Below are positions 17,774-23,940 of a stretch of DNA of 24,000 nt, one piece after another (positions within the stretch are counted from its first letter, which is position 1; every line of letters begins with the position of its first letter). The position numbers were made by a program, and so were the translations under genes. The stretch is from Thermanaerothrix solaris (lineage in GTDB: Bacteria > Chloroflexota > Anaerolineae > Anaerolineales > Anaerolineaceae), in contig NZ_JAUHMF010000001.1 of the NCBI RefSeq assembly GCF_032334255.1, positions 1,766,366 through 1,790,365 of the forward strand, written 5' to 3'. A model generated the notes under the pieces. It was given only the letters and a program-made list of their open reading frames with translations. It was not told the DNA's origin and searched no databases.

Positions 17774-18421
17774 ATGACTTCTCCTCAACCCCCATTGAAT
17801 GAGTGGTTGCGCCGTCCCCAGCGCTACTGGTACGCCGATGGCCTGACCGAGATGGCCGTGGGCGGTATCTTCCTGCTGGTAGCCCTGACCAACCTGGCGG
17901 CCTGGCTATTGCCGCCCGGGCCATGGCAAAATCTGACCCTGCCCATCTTACAGGCCTTGGTGATCATCGGCGGCGTCCAGGGCGCCCGTGCCCTGGTGCG
18001 CTATCTCAAAGAACGCATCACCTACCCCCGCACCGGTTGGGTGACCTACCGCCAACCCAGTTCCAGCCGCCGCTGGCTGTTAGCCGGCCTGACTTTTATC
18101 TTAGCCGCCAGTCTGGCCTTTTTGATGGTCGCACTGGGCAAGACGGTCGGCCAGCGGTGGCTGCCGTTGGTCAGTGGGTTTTTGATTGCATTTGCCACCG
18201 CTTCTGGCTGGCGTCTGCGCCTGGCGCGCTTGCTCATCCTCGCTCTTTACACCCTGGGCGTGGGAGTCGGCCTGACTCTACTGGCACCCCCTGATCCGCT
18301 CGATGCCGTTCTGTTTTTCAGCCTGGTGGGATTGGGTTGGTTGACCTCAGGTGGCTGGGCGCTCTGGACCTATCTGCGCCACACCCATCCATTAGATGAA
18401 GATAAGGCGGAGCACGCATGA
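17774..18421 (+). CDS. Hypothetical multi-TM membrane protein
   Basis: 215 aa with several hydrophobic helices (VGGIFLLVALTNLAAWLLPP, WLLAGLTFILAASLAFLMVALG, LILALYTLGVGVGLTLL). 4-nt overlap with the next gene. Confidence 0.8.
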   Translation: MTSPQPPLNEWLRRPQRYWYADGLTEMAVGGIFLLVALTNLAAWLLPPGPWQNLTLPILQALVIIGGVQGARALVRYLKERITYPRTGWVTYRQPSSSRRWLLAGLTFILAASLAFLMVALGKTVGQRWLPLVSGFLIAFATASGWRLRLARLLILALYTLGVGVGLTLLAPPDPLDAVLFFSLVGLGWLTSGGWALWTYLRHTHPLDEDKAEHA

Positions 18422-18735
18422 GCGCAACGCCCCGCTGGCAAGACTTGGATCGCCTGATCCATGAACCAGCGCGTTTGATGATCGTCACCCTGCTCTACGC
18501 GGTGGAAGAGGCCGATTTTCTTTACCTCTTACACGAAACCGGCCTGACCAAAGGTAACCTTTCCACCCATCTCAGCAAACTGGAAGAAGCCGGCTATGTG
18601 CGCATTACCAAGACATTCCGCGGCAAGATTCCGCGCACCCTGGTTGCGCTCACCCCAGAAGGGCGCCAGGCCTTTGAAACCTATCGCCAGCGCCTCAGCC
18701 ATCTGATCCACCCCCCGATCCAAGGAGACCCCTGA
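18418..18735 (+). CDS. Winged-helix transcriptional regulator (ArsR/MarR-like wHTH)
   Basis: 105 aa; HEPARLMIVTLLYAVEEADFLYLLHETGLTKGNLSTHLSKLEEAGYVRITKTFRGKIPRTLVALTPEGRQAFETY. Confidence 0.88.
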   Translation: MSATPRWQDLDRLIHEPARLMIVTLLYAVEEADFLYLLHETGLTKGNLSTHLSKLEEAGYVRITKTFRGKIPRTLVALTPEGRQAFETYRQRLSHLIHPPIQGDP

Positions 18736-19679
18736 TGTTGGATTATGCCATTCGTACCGAACACTTGACTCGCACCTTTGGTTCCCTGCGCGCTGTGGAT
18801 GATCTCACCTTAGAGGTCCCGCGCGGGATCATCTTTGGTTTTCTCGGCCCCAACGGCGCCGGGAAGACCACCACCATCCGTCTTTTGCTGGGCTTACTGC
18901 CACCCAGTGCCGGCACGGCCTGCGTCCTGGGGTACGATGTGATCACTCAAGCCGATGCCATCCGTGCCCGCTGTGGGGCCCTGTTAGAACATCCCGGTCT
19001 CTACGAACGCCTAAGTGCTGAAGACAATCTGGAATTCTTTGCCCGCGTAGCGCGTCTGCCCCGCGGTGAACGCCAGGCACGCATTCGCCAACTGCTCACC
19101 GACCTGGGCTTGTGGGAACGCCGCCGTGAGACGGTCGCGACCTGGAGCCGCGGGATGAAGCAGAAACTGGCGATTGCCCGCGCCCTGCTCCACCGCCCGG
19201 ATTTACTGTTCCTGGATGAACCCACGGCCGGGTTAGATGCCGTATCGGCGGCGGCACTGCGCGAAGACCTGGCCAACCTGGCGCGTCAGGAAGGGATCAC
19301 CATTTTTCTTACCACCCACAACCTCAGCGAAGCAGAAAAACTCTGCCAGCAGGTCGCCGTGATTCGCTCTGGACGCCTGCTGGCGGTCGGCAGTCCGCAC
19401 GAGCTCCAGAAACGCCGCGGCGAGCAGGTGCGCCTGGTGGTGGATGGGCTTTCAGAGGCTGTGCTGGATGGCTTGCGCCTTTCCTTTGGGGTTGAAGTTA
19501 TCCATGCCTCCCCTGATAATGGGGACCTGGTGCTCAACCTGGGCGCGCAGACATCAGTCGCCCCGCTGGTCACCTACCTGGTGCAGCACGGGGTAGCCGT
19601 GGAAGAGGTTCAGCGCGAACGCGCCAGTTTAGAAGAGGTCTTTTTGAGTCTGGTTCAGGAGAACAACCATGTGGCATGA
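18735..19679 (+). CDS. ABC transporter ATP-binding protein
   Basis: 314 aa; Walker A GPNGAGKTTTIR, signature TWSRGMKQKLAIARAL, Walker B LLFLDEPTAGLD, TTHNLSEAEKLC. Confidence 0.97.
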   Translation: MLDYAIRTEHLTRTFGSLRAVDDLTLEVPRGIIFGFLGPNGAGKTTTIRLLLGLLPPSAGTACVLGYDVITQADAIRARCGALLEHPGLYERLSAEDNLEFFARVARLPRGERQARIRQLLTDLGLWERRRETVATWSRGMKQKLAIARALLHRPDLLFLDEPTAGLDAVSAAALREDLANLARQEGITIFLTTHNLSEAEKLCQQVAVIRSGRLLAVGSPHELQKRRGEQVRLVVDGLSEAVLDGLRLSFGVEVIHASPDNGDLVLNLGAQTSVAPLVTYLVQHGVAVEEVQRERASLEEVFLSLVQENNHVA

Positions 19680-20400
19680 TTTACAAACCATGATTTGGAA
19701 AGAATGGAAGGAACTTTTTACCTCTCGGAGTACCGGGCGGGGCACCCTACTCTCCACGCTGATCATTCTCTTCGTCCTGGGGGTGTTCATGCCTTTACAA
19801 GTGGGTGAGGAGTGGTTTACCCAACCGCTCACCGTGGTGGTATGGGCCTGGATGCCCATTTTCCTCACGCTAGGGATGGTCACCGATTCCTTCGCCGGTG
19901 AACGCGAGCGCCACACACTGGAAACCCTACTGGCGACCCGCCTGCCCGATCTTGCCATTCTGTTGGGGAAGATTTTGTCCGCCGTGCTTTATGGCTGGGG
20001 GATAGCCATACTCAGTCTGCTGCTGGCGGCGTTGACCCTCAACCTCAGCTTGAAAGGCGGTCCGTACTTCTATGCGCCTGAATTTTTCGCCGCGGCATTG
20101 GGGTTCAGCCTGCTCAGTACGGTGCTGTTCGCGGCGCTCGGAGTGCTATCGTCACTGCGCGCGGCAACAGCCCGCCAGGCTTACCAGCGCTTGAGCCTGA
20201 TCCTGTTGGGGCTTTACTTCCTGCCGTTTATGATCCAGTTTCTCCCCACCGACCTGCGGGCGCGCATTCTTGAAGCCCTGATGGGCCTGGATTGGCGGGG
20301 AATGATGCTGGCGCTGGGCGGGGTGTTGGTGGTGCTGGATGTGGGGGTATTGGGGGTGTGCGTCCGGCGCTTCCAGCGCTCGCGCCTGCTGTTGGATTAG
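19669..20400 (+). CDS. ABC transporter permease
   Basis: 243 aa; WKEWKELFTSRSTGRGTLLSTLIILFVLGVFMPL..., FAGERERHTLETLLATRLPDLAILLGKILSAVLYGW is typical of ABC-2 permeases. Confidence 0.92.
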   Translation: MWHDLQTMIWKEWKELFTSRSTGRGTLLSTLIILFVLGVFMPLQVGEEWFTQPLTVVVWAWMPIFLTLGMVTDSFAGERERHTLETLLATRLPDLAILLGKILSAVLYGWGIAILSLLLAALTLNLSLKGGPYFYAPEFFAAALGFSLLSTVLFAALGVLSSLRAATARQAYQRLSLILLGLYFLPFMIQFLPTDLRARILEALMGLDWRGMMLALGGVLVVLDVGVLGVCVRRFQRSRLLLD

Positions 20401-20648
20401 GTGCAGCCCAGGTCCACACGTTCGCCCAGACCTTTTTGGGAGATGCTTAAAAAGGGGAACTCGCCTTCGTCATCTGCAGCACTGCGTTAGTTCCACATTG
20501 AACCATGATCCCAATTTTATGGGTATTCACGGGTGGTTATGCCCCTCGGGGTGGGGAGGTTTTCCCCGGCCGCTTTGGGCGCGTCTTGCACCTGCATTGA
20601 CACACCGCCCAGAATCGGTATAATAAAGGATGCTGGACGAAGTGTTAC

Positions 20649-20721
<73 letters not shown>

Positions 20722-20759
20722 CCTCATAATTTGAACCTTATCAACCCGCAAGTTCTAAA

Positions 20760-20792
20760 CCCGTCAAGACGCCGGTTGACGGGCTTTGTTTT
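20760..20792 (+). terminator. Intrinsic terminator after tRNA-Lys
   Basis: CCCGTCAA (20760-20767) gacgccgg TTGACGGG (20776-20783) followed by CTTTGTTTT. Confidence 0.75.
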
Positions 20793-20867
20793 CAAACCGG
20801 GAGATGCCAGGGGTATCAAGTACCCCTGGCAAGTCCCGTCAAAGGCCGCAGATTCCTGAAATCTCAA

Positions 20868-21338
20868 ATGGTTGCTCTTCCCACTCTAATCCCCCTTTCC
20901 GAAGCCGCCCGCAAGTATGGGCTGGACGAGGCTCGCTTGCGTGACTTGGTGGAGAAGGGTAAAATCCGAGCAGGAATATTCCCCGGTTCGGATGAGGTGC
21001 TCGTGAGCGAGGATGAGGTGAGAAGCGAAGCCATCCAGGAAAAAGGTCTCCGCAAAGAGGATTTGCCGGAGTATCAGAAGCACGCAGAAAAGCGTGGAAG
21101 GCCTATTTGGATTAGCGAGGCGGCGAGGAGATATGGTATTCCACACCAAACAATTATTCGGTGGGTTAAGTGTGGTTATATAAAACAATTGGGTGTAGAT
21201 AGAAACAAAGTTCTCATAGACGAGGCAGATATTGCTTATTGTTCTGAAATATACAAAAAACGCGGAAGACAAGGAAGAGTGTTATTCAACCCTGATGGAA
21301 CACCCTACAAACCAAAAACAGGTCCATTAGCCATGTAG
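20868..21338 (+). CDS. Tandem helix-turn-helix DNA-binding protein (excisionase/MerR-like HTH units)
   Basis: 156 aa with two related HTH units: PLSEAARKYGLDEARLRDLVEKGKIRA...VLVSEDEV and WISEAARRYGIPHQTIIRWVKCGYIKQLGVDRNKVLIDEADIAY. Confidence 0.8.
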   Translation: MVALPTLIPLSEAARKYGLDEARLRDLVEKGKIRAGIFPGSDEVLVSEDEVRSEAIQEKGLRKEDLPEYQKHAEKRGRPIWISEAARRYGIPHQTIIRWVKCGYIKQLGVDRNKVLIDEADIAYCSEIYKKRGRQGRVLFNPDGTPYKPKTGPLAM

Positions 21339-21361
21339 CGGCAGAAAGCCGCTTTTTTTTA
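21337..21361 (+). terminator. Intrinsic terminator overlapping the stop codon of the HTH gene
   Basis: AGCGGC (21337-21342) AGAAA GCCGCT (21348-21353) followed by at least 8 T. Confidence 0.9.
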
Positions 21362-21368
21362 TTTTTAA

Positions 21369-21396
21369 TCTGCACAAGTATTGACACTTGTGCAGA
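21369..21396 (+). promoter_or_regulatory. 28-bp palindromic candidate operator overlapping the -35 box
   Basis: TCTGCACAAGT (21369-21379) - ATTGAC - ACTTGTGCAGA (21386-21396). The two 11-nt arms are perfect reverse complements. Confidence 0.85.
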
Positions 21397-21410
21397 ATTT
21401 ATGTTATACT
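21381..21410 (+). promoter_or_regulatory. Strong sigma70-type promoter with extended -10
   Basis: TTGACA (21381-21386), 18-nt spacer, TATACT (21405-21410) preceded by TG at 21402-21403. The first ORF-free structured sequence begins immediately downstream. Confidence 0.82.
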
Positions 21411-21416
21411 CCTCAT

Positions 21417-21630
21417 AGCACCTTTCCAAACCACCTGCTAACTGCCCCGACAAATACAACGCCCCGCCGGGCGTTGTGCGCCCGACAGGGCGCTCCGTGA
21501 GCCGTGTGGGTGCACGCTCACGGTCGAGGCAAGCAAACCAACTGCTCACCTCATCTGCGATTGTAGCATGAGATGACAGCCCTCTGCAAGCCTCTCACAA
21601 GGAATGTGATTTGCAGAGGGCTTTGTGTTT
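21417..21630 (+). ncRNA. Candidate structured ncRNA (module 1) from promoter to terminator-like hairpin
   Basis: No credible ORF. Back-to-back perfect hairpins ACAACGCCC-CGCC-GGGCGTTGT (21456-21477), GCGCCC-GACA-GGGCGC (21478-21493) and CCGTGAGC...GCTCACGG (21495-21523). Ends in AGCCCTCTGCAA (21578-21589)/TTGCAGAGGGCT (21611-21622) with inner TCACA-AGGAA-TGTGA, then TTTGTGTTT. The 5' end is inferred from the promoter only. Confidence 0.7.
21578..21630 (+). terminator. Terminator-like compound hairpin
   Basis: Perfect 12-bp outer stem plus 5-bp inner stem followed by a U-rich tract (CTTTGTGTTT); imperfect T-run. Confidence 0.6.
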
Positions 21631-21655
21631 CCCGTGCGGTGTTGGCTCAAAGCCT

Positions 21656-22165
21656 TTCAGGCGGCAGGTGCGTGAGGGCGGGTTCAAGTCCCGCCCGCCT
21701 GAATTCCGTTTTTGCCACGCTAACGTCGGCCGTGTAGGGAGGCGGGAGCGGGGCTGAGTCATCAGCACCTGGCGGGGCAAGGGACGGGGAGCCCTTGTCT
21801 GACGGAGCGGCAGGTGAGACCGGCGGAAGCCTGCCGGGGGACGTGACAGCCGGGAGAGACCGGCACATTCAGCACCTTACCAGTTGAGCATGATCCATCT
21901 CCAATCCAACCGCCGAAGGTGGGCAGGAGGCTCCCCGATCCTGCGGTGGGTGCAAGTCCCACCCGGTTGGACTGCCAAACCTGTCGGGGTCGTTGCCCCA
22001 ACAACGGGCAGGTGCAGCCCGGCGCACCCTGGCCAGCGCCGGGAAACAGGCAGGGTGACAGCCCGGAGAGACGGGCATGCAGAGGGGTTGGGGCTGAATC
22101 GGCCCAGCGAAGGCGAGGCAGACCCTCAAAGAGCCGGACGTGCGCGAGGGCAACCCCTCTGCCAC
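21656..22165 (+). ncRNA. Candidate large structured ncRNA region (module 2) with duplicated covarying hairpin and tRNA-T-arm-like elements
   Basis: T-arm-like modules at 21656-21703 and 21905-21971. 22-nt repeat GTGACAGCCSGGAGAGACSGGC at 21843-21864 and 22055-22076 with one exact compensatory pair change. Perfect 8-bp stem 22018-22025/22036-22043 and perfect 12-bp stem 22079-22090/22151-22162. ORFs here are low-complexity and unconvincing. Confidence 0.65.
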
Positions 22166-22173
22166 TTCACCAC

Positions 22174-22245
22174 GCGGGAGTAGCTCAACGGAAGAGCGGC
22201 GGCGTCATGAGCCGCAGGGTGAGGGTTCGAATCCCTCTTCCCGTT
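22174..22245 (+). tRNA. tRNA with CAT anticodon (elongator Met or Ile2), somewhat atypical
   Basis: Acceptor GCGGGAG/TTCCCGT (G-U at first and last pair), TA, D-arm GCTC-AACGGAA-GAGC, anticodon arm GCGGC-GTCATGA-GCCGC, T-arm GAGGG-TTCGAAT-CCCTC. Discriminator T and no encoded CCA. Confidence 0.82.
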
Positions 22246-22261
22246 CTGGGAGTGAGCAACC

Positions 22262-22777
22262 ATGAAAATCAGAATGCCGCTGGAAGAAGCCGAACGAATT
22301 GCGCTGAAATACGCCGAAATGCTTGCGCCAAAATGCGAGAGGGTCGAGATCGCCGGGAGTATTCGGCGGCGCAAGGCAGAGGTGGGAGACATTGAGATGG
22401 TGGCAAAGCCGCTGCCTGCGTTTGACCTGTTTGGCTCTCCGAATGGCTATCACGATCTTTCCATACCGTTACCAGCGGTCAAGGACGGGCAACGATACAA
22501 GCAGTACACCCTGCCCGAAGGAATACATCTTGACCTGTTCATCGTTTTACCCCCGGCACAATGGGGAGTAATCTTTGCTCTGCGCACCGGCGGAGCAGAG
22601 TTCTCTCGTAAACTGGTCACGGCGAAACGATACGGCGGTTACCTGCCGTCTGCTTACGTGGTGAGAGACGGCGCGGTTCATCGTGTTGATACCGGGGAGA
22701 TCATCCCTACCCCCGAAGAAATTGATTTTTTCAATCTCTGTGAACTGGGCTGGATCAAGCCCGAAGAGAGGAATTGA
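22262..22777 (+). CDS. Minimal DNA polymerase X/beta-like nucleotidyltransferase palm domain protein
   Basis: 171 aa; AGSIRRRKAEVGDIEMVAKP (GS...DxE) and third acidic residue in GIHLDLFIVLPP, followed by FALRTGGAEFSRKLVTAKRYGGYLPS. Confidence 0.85.
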   Translation: MKIRMPLEEAERIALKYAEMLAPKCERVEIAGSIRRRKAEVGDIEMVAKPLPAFDLFGSPNGYHDLSIPLPAVKDGQRYKQYTLPEGIHLDLFIVLPPAQWGVIFALRTGGAEFSRKLVTAKRYGGYLPSAYVVRDGAVHRVDTGEIIPTPEEIDFFNLCELGWIKPEERN

Positions 22778-22803
22778 ACATGCTCGAATCCGTGAGGTGA
22801 GAG

Positions 22804-22938
22804 ATGAGAGAGACCTTTTTCGATCTGAAAGCCAAAGTGTTTCAAATCAAGCTCGGTCATTTCCTTCTTGTTATCTGGAAAACTGATTCCCGCTGGCGTT
22901 TTGCGATCTACATCGGCCACCGCCGGTTTGCCCATTAG
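22804..22938 (+). CDS. Possible 44-aa small protein
   Basis: ATG at 22804 preceded by GAGGTGAG: MRETFFDLKAKVFQIKLGHFLLVIWKTDSRWRFAIYIGHRRFAH. It is not in the ORF track because of length. Confidence 0.35.
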   Translation: MRETFFDLKAKVFQIKLGHFLLVIWKTDSRWRFAIYIGHRRFAH

Positions 22939-22959
22939 AGGTGAGAAAGGAGGCGTGAT

Positions 22960-23346
22960 TTGAGGCGAGCCATTATCTTGACCCTCGTTCTAGTTCTTCT
23001 GGTCATCCAATCCTTGACGGCAATCGCGCAGTCCTCGGCGCCGGGAGCAACAGCGACGATGGAGGCGATTCGGGCGACCGAAGCGGCACGGTCGGCTCTG
23101 GGGATGGAAAAGGAATTGCCGGCAAATGATTTCACCCCGTTGGTGACATTCCTCATGGGGTTGGTGATGGCAGGGGTGGTGATGGCTCTGATGAGATCCG
23201 AAATTGTATCTGTGTTTTATCGAGGAAAACGTCCAGGATCACCAGCAGATCATCCGATTTCCACTGAAGGTGAGGCTGAGCGTCAAGAAGAGCCATTGGA
23301 ACTTCATAGAGGTAAATTCCATAAGAGCTTTCTTGAGGAGCGATGA
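22960..23346 (+). CDS. Small secreted/membrane-anchored hypothetical protein
   Basis: 128 aa, TTG start preceded by AAAGGAGG (22946-22953). Signal-like N-terminus RRAIILTLVLVLLVIQSLTAIAQ and TM segment LVTFLMGLVMAGVVMALM. Confidence 0.7.
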   Translation: MRRAIILTLVLVLLVIQSLTAIAQSSAPGATATMEAIRATEAARSALGMEKELPANDFTPLVTFLMGLVMAGVVMALMRSEIVSVFYRGKRPGSPADHPISTEGEAERQEEPLELHRGKFHKSFLEER

Positions 23347-23767
23347 CCGGTTTAGGTTCAAGGGGAAAGCCATCGCAGTCTTGCTGGGCTGGAACGACGA
23401 GTTTTTGTGGTTTGTACTTTGTTTCTATCATATCGTAAAGGGCAATATTCCATCCTAGGAGGTGCTTAGAGTGATTGGTGATTTGTGGGAGCAATTCAAG
23501 GAACAGATAACCGGTAGCCCATGGGCGCTCACCAAGGCAATGATCCAGAACACGGGCCCGCAAAACCGCGAATTCCACCCCTTTAGCCGATGCTTTCTCA
23601 GGGTATAAGCCATGAGCTTGAGATAAGATGTAGGCCTGAAACGGCGGGGTGGGAGAGGGGCTAAAGGTAATGCGTGCAGAAGAAGTGATAGAAGCAAGCA
23701 ATGAATTGAATCCCATGCCAATTAGAAAGGAAGTGACGGTGAGAACAAGCAAAAATCGTCCTTTCAT
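23153..23767 (-). CDS. Putative exported hypothetical protein
   Basis: 204 aa; N-terminal hydrophobic segment RFLLVLTVTSFLIGMGFNSLLA and globular-looking middle. The C-terminal third overlaps the opposite-strand ORF 22960-23346. Confidence 0.55.
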   Translation of the reverse strand: MKGRFLLVLTVTSFLIGMGFNSLLASITSSARITFSPSPTPPFQAYILSQAHGLYPEKASAKGVEFAVLRARVLDHCLGERPWATGYLFLELLPQITNHSKHLLGWNIALYDMIETKYKPQKLVVPAQQDCDGFPLEPKPVIAPQESSYGIYLYEVPMALLDAQPHLQWKSDDLLVILDVFLDKTQIQFRISSEPSPPLPSPTP

Positions 23768-23940
23768 TGGGGCAGATTCCTTTGTGTGTATTGGGATCAG
23801 ATCAACGTGATTCTATCCTCTCTTCTAAGACCCAATGCTATCACTAAATGAGAAAAGCGAAAGCCATTTTGCTAAAAGTCAATTGTGCTTTTTGTTAGTA
23901 ATCTTTGAAAAAGCCATTCACAAATTTCAAGGAGTGAACC

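Noticed and set aside
20886-21272. Minus-strand 128-aa ORF
   Set aside because: Antisense to the tandem-HTH gene, whose plus-strand product has clear HTH repeats.
21636-21703. Complete tRNA or tmRNA at the first T-arm-like module
   Set aside because: No D arm or valid anticodon arm could be built. An alternative upstream acceptor CGTGCGG needs a mismatch, and no tmRNA tag ORF or GGGG-type acceptor is visible. Kept only as a tRNA-like element.
21940-21975. Cobalamin-riboswitch-like string GGTGGGTGCAAGTCCCACCCGG
   Set aside because: Only the G(G)TGCAAGTCC fragment resembles it. The B12-box context (AGTCAGGA...) and a downstream B12 gene are absent, and the string fits a T-arm-like hairpin with an outer stem instead.
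21647-22183. ORFs in the structured region (21647..21868 -, 21762..22004 -, 21869..22165 -, 21884..22183 +, 21919..22395 +)
   Set aside because: Low-complexity Arg/Pro/Gly-rich translations with no family resemblance. They cross tRNA-like and perfect-hairpin elements and, for 21919..22395, the tRNA-Met; RNA structure explains the sequence better.
23204-23458. Plus-strand 84-aa ORF
   Set aside because: No initiation signal and it overlaps two better-supported ORFs.
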